A DNA stretch of 64,000 bases from Octopus vulgaris (GCA_951406725.2 OX597826.1:37696001-37760000); one strand, 5' to 3'; counted from the stretch's first letter, positions 11,616-25,500 are shown. Program-made: numbers and translations. The notes: generated by a model from the letters alone, not told the origin.

Positions 11616-12470
11616 TCAAACTGGTCGCTCCTCGTGGTGATATAGAGGATCTTCGTCGATGCCTCCACCAAATTTGGAGGTGGTCTAACGAATCAAAGTG
11701 CTGTCATATGCCTGTTGGCTCTCCTCCTGCAACTCAACTTGATTTCGAGCCGGGTCATCTGCTGCTGGAGAGGACCGATCAGGTAAGGGACCTGGGTATC
11801 TTGGTGGATTCCTCCTTTTCGCCTTCGGCCCAGTGCGTCCATGCTGCCAACAAAGCACGCGGAATTCTGTTCTTGATTCGACGGTCATTCGGAATGCTCA
11901 CAGCAGCCATATTCCTACCGCTCTATGTCACGCTGGTGAGACCCATATTGGAGTACGGGATTCAAGCCTCTTCTCCTTATCTCCTCAAAGACATACAGCA
12001 TCTCGAAAGAGTCCAGAAGCTGGCTACCCGCATGGTTCATGGTCTCAAGAATTTGTCTTATGAAGAAAGGCTGAAGACGCTCGACGTTTATTCTCTAGAA
12101 AAACGCCGCCGCCGTGGTGATCTCATTCTCGCTCACAACATCATAAGCGGAAAGAGTAACCTCTCGAAAGAGCTGTTCTTCACTCCTGCTCCAGAGCGTC
12201 GGCTGCGGGTTCATTCCGAAAAGCTCTACCTGCGACGATTTCATCTCAATCGAAGGAGAGGAGCTTTCTCCGTCCGGGTTGCGGATCCATGGAACAAGCT
12301 GCCAGACGAGATGGTGAAGATGCCGATGACCGCTTTGTTCAAAGTCTCCCTTGACCTCATGTGGCCTGAACTCTTTACATGAACACCACCCTGTACATAA
12401 CTCCATGTCCCCCTACATGGCCTTGCATTTTGCTTTTGAGCCAAAAAATTAACTAACTAACTAACTAACT
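11616..12470 (+). mobile_element. CR1-clade LINE, 5'-truncated 3' fragment with (CTAA)n tail
   Basis: Open frame to the stop at 12382 with KCCHM, VRDLGILVD, LYVTLVRPILEY, LERVQKLATRMV, LSYEERL, SLEKRRRRGDLI, FSVRVADPWNKLP. Short 3' UTR ending aactaactaactaact. The first ~55 aa of the listed ORF are not LINE-derived. Confidence 0.93.
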
Positions 12471-15400
12471 CTCTATCTATCCACTTGTTGAGAAATTAAA
12501 TCTTACGTCATCATAGTCTAATTTCAATTGTTATATGATGTATCCCTTCGTTTCGTTGTAACCACCATTTTCCTTTTCTTTGACGAGAGTCCTTCATAAT
12601 TCTAAGCTCACTACTGTCCTTCCTGATAAAATTCTTTCACTGAAGCCATCAAATAGATTCTGACTTTATTCTTCTTCAATATTTTCTTCCATTGATGGCA
12701 ACACTCTTAATTTTTTTCCCTAAAGAATGTGAATTACATTCACAGACAGACATAGCTGTCGATAATATTACGGCCATGTTCTGTTTATGAATCTATTTTC
12801 TTCTTTTTTCTTCCATTTGTCCGTCATTTTCATATTTCTCTCTTCGTATTTTTATTCACCCAACATCGTTGTTTATTTTAGTGTATTAAAGATGTGGATA
12901 TATTTACATTGCATATGAGTATCCTCGTTGAAAGCTGGGCGATAATCTGTTGATATGAGATTGGATGTTAAACATCGGTTTGCATGGTTATGTGTTAACG
13001 TTTGTAAGATGATTGTCTGTGTGCGTATGTGTGTCTAGATATTTGCAGATGTGTGAATGCGTATATGTGTGTTTATGTGGAGACACACGCACACAAACGC
13101 CTTTTTTCTCTTTATTGTTTAAGCTGCCATGCATTCGCCATTCCTCAAACGATTGATATCATTCAGAGAAAAGCTTGTCCTCAGATATCAGCTACTTCCG
13201 ACCATAAACACGGTTTGGCACAACGTGATTAGCGTTCAATATAACAACACACAACGCAATTTGGAAATGGCAAAGGGAGTTAAAGAAAATAGAAATCATT
13301 CCTTTGCAAACTTCAAGGCAAGAAGAATTCAATAATCTTGAGTAAAATATATCATATCTACATATATAAAAAAAAAATCTAAAGATTTCTTGTCTTAGGT
13401 TGTTATATTTTCTTTAGAGCGGAATGTATGTTTTGTACACAGATTGCAAAGAATCTGTCACAGTGTTTGATGAAGGTATAGAGACATAATTGGAGCGATT
13501 TTCTGTCCCTGCTTTTTGCAAGAAAGATGACATGTTTAAGGTTATTTTCACAAGAGGAGACATTGTATCTCTTACTCTCATGCTATTCCGAAAATCTCAG
13601 ATTTGATTCTTACCGTAATACTGGTCAGATAACTAGCTTGCGTTTACCATAACTTCATCTCTGTAATACAAGCTTAACCACATCTACAAATAACAATATA
13701 TTATTTATAACCTGTGCAAAAATAAAAGAATGAATAGCCTAAATCACGCATGGAATTTAGCAGCCTATGTTGGCCGTTTATGTGAATTCTGGATTTGGAA
13801 GTTCACTATCTTTAGAAATAGGTTCGGTTATTTTAAGACTGGAACTTTTAAATAATGCAACAATATCGATTTTATCCAAAATATATACACATCAAAGAGA
13901 AAACAAAAATGATAATTACACAAGCACTACACCTTCTGTTCAATGACCTGTTTCTGTTCTTTGGAGAAGATGGTAAATATGTTGCCACAAGGAACAGCCA
14001 GGAATATATCCGCCATTTTTCCTGTTTTATTTCATTTTGACGGAGAGCAACGATCTGGAGACCGAGAACACAGGAAGCCGTAATTGGCATGAAAAGAAAT
14101 CCACCTGTTAATGATTGGTATTTCCTAATTATCTGCCCCTTTTTTTGTGAATTCTCAACAACATCTAGTTTGGTGCCCTACAGAAAATGCGTTCAGACTA
14201 TATCTCACAGATTTTCTATTTCCTTTCAGCTTCTTTAAACAGTAAAACACATAACAAAATGCAATAAAAGGATAAATCATCCATTTTTAGCAAAGTAAAA
14301 CTACTCTATATGTTTAAAAAAGTATAGATTGTAGAGCTGAGATGTTCGTATCTGACCCAGAGGCTTAAATGTGTATCGCCGTAAGTGAAATAACATGGCA
14401 TTTAAGACGGGAAAATAAACTACTTAGGACACCGAACTCGCATGAACGAAAATACTTAATAATATCGAGTTGACTGGTAACTACTGACCTGAAGCAAATA
14501 CCAGACTCTCTCCGACAACAGATTGATTCTCCACATAAAAATAGAAATGGATTCTCCAGACAGAACTGACTGAAAGATCTATAATTTTTGTCGAAGTTCA
14601 AATTATCATTTTTAACAAATGAAACTTTGACATAACCTTATATCACCTCAATATCGCAATAAAATAGTTATTTCTTTATTCTTTAAGATATTCGCTCCTC
14701 TTAAAGGGAATGGAGTGACAGAAACCGCAAAAAATGACAACAAAAAGATGGTGAATTGACAGCGTTTTTAGTGTCAAGTGAAACGTATTGTGGTATTTAT
14801 CCATGATCTCTGCTGTCCAAGTTCGAATCCCGCCAAGGACATCTTTGCATTTTATTCTTTCTGTGTCGATAAATATAGTACTAGCCCTCTCCCCTCTCTG
14901 TCTCCTTTATAATTGGCCACCTACCATAAGATATATCCACTCACTGAAGGGTGTAGATCCAATAATAGGTGAAGTAACATATCAGTTCTTAAATCCATGA
15001 CACATGACATTTCCACACAGAAATAACATCAAAGCTAAAAAAAAAGGAACCGAGAGAAACTGCAATATGTCGGAATAAATCCCTGATAACATAAAGTTAT
15101 CCCTCTACACCTCTAGGTTTAAACCCCAAGAGACGATGCTACTTCTTATCCTTCCACTCAATTCTCTGCATTAATACCAGTTATATGACACACAAACTTA
15201 TGAAGATCTGCAATGATACCCTAACCACTCCCAACTTTCTATTTTTGCATCGAAATAAGAAGCATCTTTCGTTTGTTGAGTAAACGGGGCTTTAAACTTC
15301 CCTTGCATTTTCGTCCATCAACTACTATGATGGCTCCAAGAGTGGTTAGGTGAGGAATGCCGAGACACTTGCTTAAGAACTCACCGAACTTTTCACTGGT

Positions 15401-17599
15401 CCAGCTGAGTCACGAAGGAACTATGTTCTCTTTTATTTTCGGTGGTAAGAGGTATGATTTGAACTCATTACCCGCATAGTCGTAACATATACCTCAAGAC
15501 ATCTCGACTGGTGTTTCAACTTTTCCAGCAATCTACTGTCTTCCTTTAGTATATTTTTTATCGACTAACAAATGAAATAAGATAAATAGGACCAAGATGC
15601 GATTTGAATTCAAAGCACTGAGAGCTGGGTTTTATAGTAAGGCATTCTACTAGATGCTTTAACCACTCTGCTATTATTCATCATAGCATTAGTCTGTTAA
15701 GTTGTGAGTTCTAACCCTAAAAATGCTGACTTTGACTTGCTTCCAGTATTGTATAATTCTAGTTCAAATTCTGCTATGATCTACCAACCACCAAAGAACG
15801 GATTGGGACATGCACCGATAATATTGATTACACAATAACATTTGCTGCGGATTTGAATAAGCAGTGACATTCAATATTTTACAATATTTCAGATACGCAT
15901 ACCGATGTTTGATATCAAATATTTCAAAATAAGATAAGCCATAGTTTTAATGAGCAGTGCGTGGCTCAAGTTATTTCACAAAACCAACAACAGGTCTGAA
16001 ACGCAGTAATGCGTGTGTGAGTGTGTGTGTGTGTTCCACGATAATAAATGGCTATTTTTCACGTGCAGTACATATGTATTACTGAAGCTATTTTCAAAAC
16101 ACTGCCAGCAAGAGATCATATATTCAATACGATTGTTACAGAATGGTACCATGAAATGTTTTATAGTAATAATCCCGTCAACTGGCTTAGCAAGCAGTAT
16201 ATATCTGTTAGAGTGTGGCTAAACAGTGGTTATTACACAACATTATTAAACATAGTGAAACAGTATTCGGACAAAGTAATATGTTGATAAAATACTGACA
16301 AAGTACTTTGATAACATCATTCCTAAGTGAATAGAAAGTGAATCGGGACCGGATTATTTCGCGCATGAACGAAACCAATCAGATTGTTCAATTATTGCTT
16401 TGGTAATCATTTCAACAGATGGAAACAGATTGTTTGGGGCCAAGAGTAGAACAAGTTGGTGATAAATATCCTGAAACGTTAGTTAATCATTAAGCACGCT
16501 GTTTCATTTGATTAGGGAGGGATAATGACCCCAAAATAGAGAATCACTTACGGAATGACCATAAATTCATTTGCATTCAGTTGGCAACCTGTTGGAAACT
16601 TTTACATTTTCTTTACCTCGTCTGTTTATTAGTGCCCAATCAATAATATACAATGTGTGTGTGAGTGTATGTATGTGTTTATGTATGTACGTGTTTTATG
16701 CATTTATGTTGTATGTACGTGTTTTTCTATGACATTTATTTATGCATGAATGCAGGCCTTCTATGTATGTATGCAACTGTATATGTATGCATGTTTGTAT
16801 GTATTTTCGTGTGTAGAAGACTCGAGGCAAAAATATGTTTCCTCTGCATGAGAGCATGCACACGTGTCGCGTTGGACCTCTTGCCAATCTACAAATAATA
16901 TTATTTATGTATGAGCGTATGTGCGAATACGCAGGTGGTTCTGTTACTGTGTGTACGTGTGTGTGTTGATTGCATGGAGGACTGCAAAGAACGGATACGT
17001 CTCTATGTATATACGTGTGTATGTATGAGTGTGTATGTATGCGAGTTTGTGTTTGTGAGTGTCACAACTATTTTCACGCAACAAAAATACCTGTGTAACT
17101 CAAATGATACTTTCAGTTTGTCGTAAACAATCTCAACTTTAAGAATTCGGTTCCAAATCCAAAAACTGATCAGATAAATTTACAAAGATATAAAACCTTA
17201 AATAACCTCGATATTAGTTTCTTCGTTTAAAAATCCCTTTACCAAAAAGATGTATTTAGACAATGGCGTAATGTCGTAAATTCTTACAGCTGTGAGTTAC
17301 AACACGTATTTGTAGTTTTTCACATGTTACATTCATAACGCCTGGATATTCTCGGAGTCACATGTTTTTCTTCACAGGCCGACTACCGCAACTGCAGCTT
17401 CATGCGGACATTATGTTCACATTTCTGTCTAATCGAGGCGATTGGTTACAGGACTCATTGGCTGTCAAGAGTTAAAATTGTGTGGGAGTTAAAATTAGTA
17501 TCTTATTTTTAAACCTTTCAGAAATAAAATGTATATATATACAGAGAGAGAGAGAGCGCGTGTGGAGGAAGGAGGTAAAAGGTAAAGCATGTACATATA

Positions 17600-17641
<42 letters not shown>

Positions 17642-18058
17642 CAGAGAAGAAAATGGAGAGTTAGTGGTTAATATTTGTTAATAAATTGATAATCATTTCT
17701 TCCTACAACTGTTTGAACCCATTGAATAAATTATGAATTTATGCATTACATTTGCATTTATAAGTTATGAGCAAAATATCATGAGTGAAAAGTTAGACAT
17801 TAGAAATTTCATGTTGACCTATTTGTTCATACCAAAAGTCGAAATACATAGAATTGTTTTATTATTTTTATTTATGTATGTCCTTGAGTGTTAACGGATT
17901 AATTTGAATATTATAGAATAAAGTAAAATAAAGAATAAGAAAATATAATAAGAAGTAAAATAAAAGTTAAAAATAAAATAAGATAGAATACAATATATGT
18001 ACATATACGTACATATAAACATACATATATAAAAATATACATATAGAGAGAGAGAGAG

Positions 18059-18099
<41 letters not shown>

Positions 18100-18497
18100 T
18101 AGATAGATAGATAGATAGATACATACATACATACATACATACATACATACACACAATTATATATATAAAGAAACTACATATGGACTTTTTCTATTAAGCC
18201 ATGGCCATTGGTTGAAGAAATTTAGATTTGTGTTCATGTGGTTAAGTTTGAGGAAAATATCTTATAACGGTTTATCAGTATATGCGCTCATACATACATA
18301 AATAAAAAAAAATAAAGCAATTCTATATATTTATTCTGCTGGAATGAACAGATAGGTCAACATGTAATTCTTTAATACCTAACTTCTCCTTGGTGATATT
18401 TCGGTCATACTTATAAATGCAAATTTAATGCATAAATTTGTAATTTATTCAATGGGTAGAAACGGAAACAGCTGTAGAAAGACATGCTTATTTAAGT

Positions 18498-18704
18498 TAC
18501 TCTTTTACTTGTTTCAGTCATTTGACTGCGGCCATGCTGGAGCACCGCCTTTAGTCGAGCAAATCGACCCCAGGACTTATTCTTTGTAAACCCAGTACTT
18601 ATTCTATTGGTCTCTTTTGCCGAACCGCTAAGTGACGGGGCCGTAAACACACCAGCATCGGTTGTCAAGCAATGCTAGGGGGACAAACACAGACACAAAC
18701 ATAT

Positions 18705-18753
<49 letters not shown>

Positions 18754-18919
18754 TACGACAGGCTTCTTTCAGTTTCCGTCTACCAAATCCACTCACAAGG
18801 CATTGGTCGGCCCGGGGCTATAGCACAAGACACTTGCCCAAGATTCCACGCAGTGGTACTGAACCCGGAGCCATGTGGTTGGTAAGCAAGCTACTTACCA
18901 CACAGTCACTCCTGCGCCT
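18498..18919 (-). mobile_element. Full-length SINE family B (tRNA head, CORE-like block, internal microsatellite)
   Basis: Minus-strand head aggcgcaggagtgactgtgtggtaag..ccgggttcagtacc..cttgggcaagtgtctt; many copies in the window. Confidence 0.85.
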
Positions 18920-19140
18920 ATGTTATTAATAAATATTAACTACTAACTCTCTATTTTTTTCTCTTAATTTAATACAGATTATATACTTAATATATACCTA
19001 TTGATTTACTGAAATTTTATTTCCCGAAGACATAAAGTATACAACCAGTGTTTAGGGGGATGTAATCATCCCTTTAAGAGGATAATATATCCTCTAATTA
19101 ACTTATGCACACACACACACATACATAAATAAATACATAC

Positions 19141-19207
<67 letters not shown>

Positions 19208-19257
19208 TATATATATTATAATATTATATTATATTTATATATATATCATATATATAT

Positions 19258-19303
<46 letters not shown>

Positions 19304-19308
<5 letters not shown>

Positions 19309-19394
19309 CCATGGGCAAGTCTCTTCTACTATAGCCTCAGGCAGACCAAAGCCTTGTGAGTGGATTTGGTAGACAAAAACGGAAAGAAGCCCGT

Positions 19395-19441
<47 letters not shown>

Positions 19442-19650
19442 TATGTGTGTGTATGTGTTTGTCCCCCAACATCGCTTGACAACCGATGGTGGTGTGTTTA
19501 CATCCACGTGACCTAGCAGTTCGGCAAAAGTAACCGATAGAATAAGTACCAGGCTTACAAAGAATAAGTCCTGGGTTCGATTTGCTCGACTAAAGGCGGT
19601 GCTCCAGCATGGCCGCCGCAGTCAAATGACTGAAACAAGTAAAAGAGTAA
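19304..19650 (+). mobile_element. SINE family B, 5'-truncated
   Basis: Matches the reverse complement of the 18498-18919 copy; an inverted tail fragment follows at 19675-19718. Confidence 0.85.
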
Positions 19651-19852
19651 AATAATATACATACACGCATATATTCTTTTACTTGTGTTAGTCATTTGAC
19701 TGCGGCCATACTGGAGCATGGACTCTCTTTCTTTAGGGGTTTTGTGTGTTTTAAAATAGCCATTGAAGTTGGTCATTTATATTTATTCCAAATTAATTAG
19801 TAATTAGTATTGAGCAATAAACTAATTCAGTTAAACAAATGAAGTTCCGTTA

Positions 19853-19888
<36 letters not shown>

Positions 19889-20247
19889 CTATATGTGATA
19901 TGTATTATCAGACAGAAACACATGTATATGTTTTTATACAAACTTCAGCATATGTCATAAACAGTGTTTTGTACTACAATCGCAAGTTGACGCCAGCATT
20001 GTTTGAGAAATTAGGAAGGCAGAAGCAGAATACGCACCGGAATTTGAATGTTCTCTTTTGTCAGGCAATGCTATATTAAGAAAGCTTGCGACGGTGAAAT
20101 ACCCCGTCTTTAGAAATAAAATGTGTAGGTAGTTCTGTTGATTGAACCAACAGATCTTTCATTTGTGGGAACCGTTTGCAAGATCAAATTATACATTATT
20201 TTCGTATGTTCATATATAAGCATGTATATGCATATATATATATATAT

Positions 20248-20334
<87 letters not shown>

Positions 20335-21661
20335 TGTTTATATTTGTGCATGTGTGTGTATGAATACATTATCGCTTAGCGAATATTATTTTTATGCATA
20401 TCTTTTAAGTGTAGGATAAAATTTATACGAAGGCAAACAAAACAACAGATCGGAATCTATGGTTTTCATCACCGTAATTCAATGATACTTTTAAAAATTC
20501 TTCTATATGACAGAATCTTGTGTGTTTACGCATGCAATAATAATAAAATAAACTCTTGAATATTTTTTAACAATATAAATTGAAATGGAAAGAAAATTCA
20601 GCAACAATTTCTGCGAGAAAGTGCTTTAATTTCGTTATTTCTTATGAATGCATGAATATGTTTCAAGGAGAATAAATATTCTGAAAGAAATATGAATATA
20701 TCAAACTTCGTTTCTTATCTCTCGATAACTCGCAGCTCTTCCAAATGCTAAAGCAAATTCTTCAAGAAGTATGTTAATAAAATATATTCATAAAAGTATT
20801 TTACTGCCTTCTGAACTTACTCTAAATTAAGAAATACCGTTTGTGCTATGGTGAACTCTGCATTGCATAAAGAAATTCTAAAGACAAGAGTAGGAATAAG
20901 AGGAAAAAATTGTTTCAGCTATAATCTTTAAATGCAGCATTACACCTTCTGATGAAAATATTTAGTGCAACCAAAAGTCTCTAATATCAGACGAACTAAT
21001 GTTATGTAGGAAGGACACAAGAAAATAGTTGTAACCAGATAATGCACCAATCTCATAATGTAGAGGAAGACAGCAAACTTTAGAAGATTGCTGTGCATGT
21101 GAATAGTCACTAATGACTATTCAACTTGTCTTTCTTTACGAAAGAGCAAGAAACTAAGGGAGATAAATAGCATACAATTCATAGGCCAGTCGTTCGTGTC
21201 AAAAGGTTGTTTGTGTCTTCATTGATTTTCACAAAGTACATCTGGTTTTCTTGATGAATTGCTGGTAACTGACCAACACAATTAGTAGCTTATTTTTCTT
21301 AGTCACTTCCGAAATTAGATATCCTTTCCCCTAAAACAATTTCAAGAATGAAATATTCAAAATATGCTCCTGAGAAAGTATAACACTCAATGTATTATTA
21401 CTAAAAGCAACAACGAAAGCTATTTTCAGTAAAATCTATAAACTTTCATTTGATTTCTGATTAGATTTGTTTTTTGTTTCGTTTAGTCTTTCTTTATCAG
21501 ATATAAACAACATACATTGTGTCTCTGCAATAGTTTGATTGTCTACCAAAACTCTGTATGCACAGAATAATTTGGATAGCAAATACAATAAAGGAAGGAC
21601 ACTGCTATTGACTATTGTTTTTAAAAAAACCGGTGGAATTAAACGGAAAGACAGTGTATAT

Positions 21662-21705
<44 letters not shown>

Positions 21706-21713
21706 ATACTACT

Positions 21714-21763
21714 ATTCTATATTTAAGAGATGAGGAATTATGTACATTATTTACATTTGACGG
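21714..21763 (-). mobile_element. 3' tail fragment of the hammerhead mini-element family seen at 30995-31436
   Basis: ttctatatttaagagatgaggaattatgtacattatttacatttga is the reverse complement of 31386-31431. Confidence 0.75.
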
Positions 21764-21769
21764 GCATAT

Positions 21770-21826
21770 GGCGTAGTGGTTAAGCATTTCGTCCGGCGCG
21801 CTAACGATTCTGCCAACTCTCCGCTT
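21770..21826 (-). mobile_element. SINE family A head fragment
   Basis: Reverse complement gcggagagttggcagaatcgttagcgcgccggacgaaatgctta matches family A heads. Confidence 0.7.
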
Positions 21827-21828
21827 TG

Positions 21829-21837
21829 ATAATAATG

Positions 21838-21932
<95 letters not shown>

Positions 21933-22011
21933 AAGAAGAAGAAGGCGAAGGAGGAGAAGAAGAAGAAGAAGAAGAAGAAGAAGAAGAAGAAGAAGAAGAA
22001 GAAGAAGAAGG

Positions 22012-22044
<33 letters not shown>

Positions 22045-22138
22045 AGAAGAAGAAGAAGAAGAAGAAGAAGAAGAAGAAGAAGAAGAAGAAGAAGAAGAAG
22101 AAGAAGAAGAAGAAGAAGAAGAAGAAGAAGAAGAAGAA
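21829..22138. repeat. Compound microsatellite (AAT)n(GAA)n
   Basis: Directly visible. Confidence 0.97.
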
Positions 22139-22622
22139 TTGCAGCTGAATGGCTCTGCAGCCTGAAGGAAACAGCTTCTTCTCAGCAAGTTGCTATTCCT
22201 TTCACACAAATCATTATCAGAAATATAAGTGAAAAGATAAGCAACTACCTGTCTTATTCAAAACATTCTTTGCTGCGCCTGCGCATATATGTAGAGCTGT
22301 GTGATCAACAGTGACAGACAGACAGTGACAGACGTATACAATGCAAAATATCGAAACGATGTTATGAATTTTATTCCTCGAGGAAGACGACAAGAATAAC
22401 TTTTCGGAGAGAGTTCTTTCATCAAAAGTAACCGAAAATATTTGTATTATAAAGTGTACAGATTGGAAAAAGTGGGAGCGAGAAATTTAATTACTATAAG
22501 CAACCTTTATCTATTCCTTTCCTACTTCCTTATATTGACTGCAATAAGCATTATTTCTCACTCGCACTACTTGTAATGGTATTTATCCTGCATTAAATCC
22601 TGTTCTGTCCGAAACGTTAGAC

Positions 22623-22835
22623 TTGTGGTTCTCTGTACACTTCGGTGGATTTCTATAGCCATTCAGAGTTCAAAAAATCCAATTATATTTTAATAATTAT
22701 GATTAGGAATCCTATAAAACAATTGTTAAAATATTTTGTGTATTGTAGATATGTTGCCAATTTATTGCAGATAACGTTTAACAAAACCTTGTAAGGACCT
22801 CCAACTGTCCAACGGGACCCGGTTGAGGACCACTG
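22623..22835. mobile_element. hAT (Charlie-type) MITE
   Basis: Right end ggttgaggaccactg (rc CAGTGGTCCTCAACC), decayed left end ttgtggttctc, perfect 8-bp TSD cgttagac at 22615-22622 and 22836-22843. Confidence 0.8.
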
Positions 22836-23557
22836 CGTTAGACTTATTATTCGTTTCTAATAGATAACTTTTATTCCACAGTTTCAGCCATTTGTAATGT
22901 ATTAAGACAACGCTAAATATCACTAGTGATATCGGATATTATTACTGTATAGAAATTAGCTCAAGCTATATCAAACTCAGTCAAAGATACATTGTAAACA
23001 ACCAATAAGATAATTATGTAGAAGAGTAGAATGGTATGAGAACGATATGCATTTCTTCAGAGTTATCTAAGGGTTCAATTGAAAATATAATTGTATGTTC
23101 AATAATTATGACGTTGAATGTTAGTAAGGACGTAGAAATTTATGTTAGCCACGTAGTCTCAGTTAACGATTATTCAAAGTTCACTAAATTCGTCTAATAC
23201 TTTTCTGTCTAAGAATTTTTAATTCTTTTCCTTGAAATGTGTTCTACACATTCTTCTAATGTTCTGTCAAAAGGTATAAACATGAAGTGGCAAGCTTTGG
23301 CAAAAGCTTAGATCTTTTTTTCCTTGTGCAACTACAAATTATTTCGTCATCACACAAAATTATTAGTGTATAACCGATAGCTTTTACCAAAGATCAATAG
23401 CATGGGTTCAAGTGCAAGCATAATGCATGGTTAAAAATCTGTTTCGCAACAATATAATTCCGCTCGAAATTCCTCAGCGTGACATCATAAGCAATTGTCA
23501 TCAAACACAGATTAACGACCCATAATATTTGAGAGTTGAGTAGACAAGAAAGGTTTA

Positions 23558-23596
<39 letters not shown>

Positions 23597-23599
<3 letters not shown>

Positions 23600-23857
23600 G
23601 AATGGTTGTATACTGTCAATCTAACGTGAACGTGACAGTAGGGGGTTACACCACCGCTGTTTAACCCTAGGAAGCATCTACGCTTCCTGATGGCTTTGAC
23701 ACATTATTCCTGTGTCCTTATATACATTTACGAAAAGGACACAGGAATAATGTGTCAAAGTCATCAGGAAGCGTCGATGCTTCCTAGGGCTAAACAGCGG
23801 TGGTGTAACCCCCTACTGCCACGTTCACGTTAGATTGACAGTATACAACCATTCTAT
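23597..23857. repeat. Long inverted repeat: 123-bp arms, 15-nt loop, 4 mismatches
   Basis: 23597-23719 is the reverse complement of 23735-23857; the block is bounded by (AT)n, with 53 extra bp on the right. Confidence 0.95.
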
Positions 23858-23923
23858 CGCTCCACCACCGTACATATCTCTATGAGAGATTTAGAAATTT
23901 AATATTTCTGATATATATACATA

Positions 23924-23962
<39 letters not shown>

Positions 23963-24650
23963 TCAAATAACTTTATTTCTATTTATCAATGTATTAGGCT
24001 ATATATGTAAGCATATACATTCGTACACACTGATATGTATGTGAATATATTATATAAATATATGTTCACATATATGCATGTATGTATATAAATTTAATCT
24101 ATATGCATAAATTTATATGACTGCGTCTATGTGCGTCTCACTCTCCATATACTGGTGCGCATTATATATAAATGATATATTATATTATGTATTATATATT
24201 ATATATTATATTTCATATACTTATTTATGTGCACCTATATGTATAAGCAGAAGGGATATGACTTAGAAATAATTAACAGAAAGGGACAAATAGGCATGCG
24301 AACCTCTCGTTAGCTGTGAGTCCATGCACCCTTCCAGTTATGTTGCAGAAATTTAGATAACGAACTTAACGATCAGCAGTAACTTAACGTTATAGAAATA
24401 TGAACAACGTGCACCGGTCATTAGTGAGATATGTAATGCCTACGGACACAGAAAATAAGGTAGTGGGGATCACGTACTTCACGGATATAATGATGTTATA
24501 ACTCAAGGTAGGACTCTCAGACAGCGTTCAGTATTTGATTAAAACATAACTTCATATACGCCGGTTGTGAATAGGTGGGAAATAAAGAAGTCAGAGGTGG
24601 TTCTTTCCTACAGAAGAAATACTGATAGAAATACATGACAGCAATGGCTG

Positions 24651-24735
<85 letters not shown>

Positions 24736-25107
24736 TGTTTCTTTATTAGCCACACCGGGCTGCACACAGATAGAACAAATTACAAGGTAGAGCTTTTCTT
24801 TTGAAGGGTTAGAAAAAAAAAAAAAAAAAAAAAAGGAAGGGGGAGTTCCGATCAAAAGGGATCGTAAAAGGAGAGAAAGAGGACAAAAAAAGGGGGGGGT
24901 TAAAAAAAGGGGGGGAAATTGATCAATAGGGATCGTTATCACAGAAATGTCAATATGAAGTGTAAAGGGGAGGACAGGTGAGGTTTACCCGTGGAAAGAA
25001 AAGCCTACGGAAAAGACCATACCTCGGTCAATGAAGTCACATTTTATATTTCTTTTTTTTTTTTTTTTTTTTTTTTGCAAATAAGCAACTCTCTGTTTTC
25101 TTCACTT

Positions 25108-25109
<2 letters not shown>
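24736..25109 (-). mobile_element. Tx1-type LINE 3' UTR flanked by (GATA)n on both sides
   Basis: Homologous to 51549-51870 (tttctttattRgccaca.., gtagagcttttctttt, ccgtggaaagaaaagcctacRgaaaagacca); AATAAA near the minus-strand end. Confidence 0.7.
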
Positions 25110-25164
<55 letters not shown>

Positions 25165-25358
25165 GGATGGATGGATGGATGGATGGATGGATGGATGGAT
25201 GGATGGATACAGATATGGTGATGCAAACAGGAAAAATAGAACTCAAACTATGAGTATATGTATACATGCATATTTCGTGTGTTGGCACTTAACACACTTT
25301 TGTGTCAATGAACGAAACTTTCCGACCATGAGTCACTCTGTTACTTAAATATTAATAA

Positions 25359-25391
<33 letters not shown>

Positions 25392-25415
25392 TATCTATAA
25401 ACACATATTTACATA

Positions 25416-25500
<85 letters not shown>

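Noticed and set aside
21183-21270. VFIDFHKV resembling the LINE RT FIDFxKAFD motif
   Set aside because: No other RT motifs in neighbouring frames.
23660-23740. Possible hammerhead or twister in the long hairpin arm (CTGATGA next to GGAAGC/GCTTCC)
   Set aside because: No correctly placed GAAA, stem III or cleavage triplet, and no twister pseudoknot pairings could be assigned by eye.
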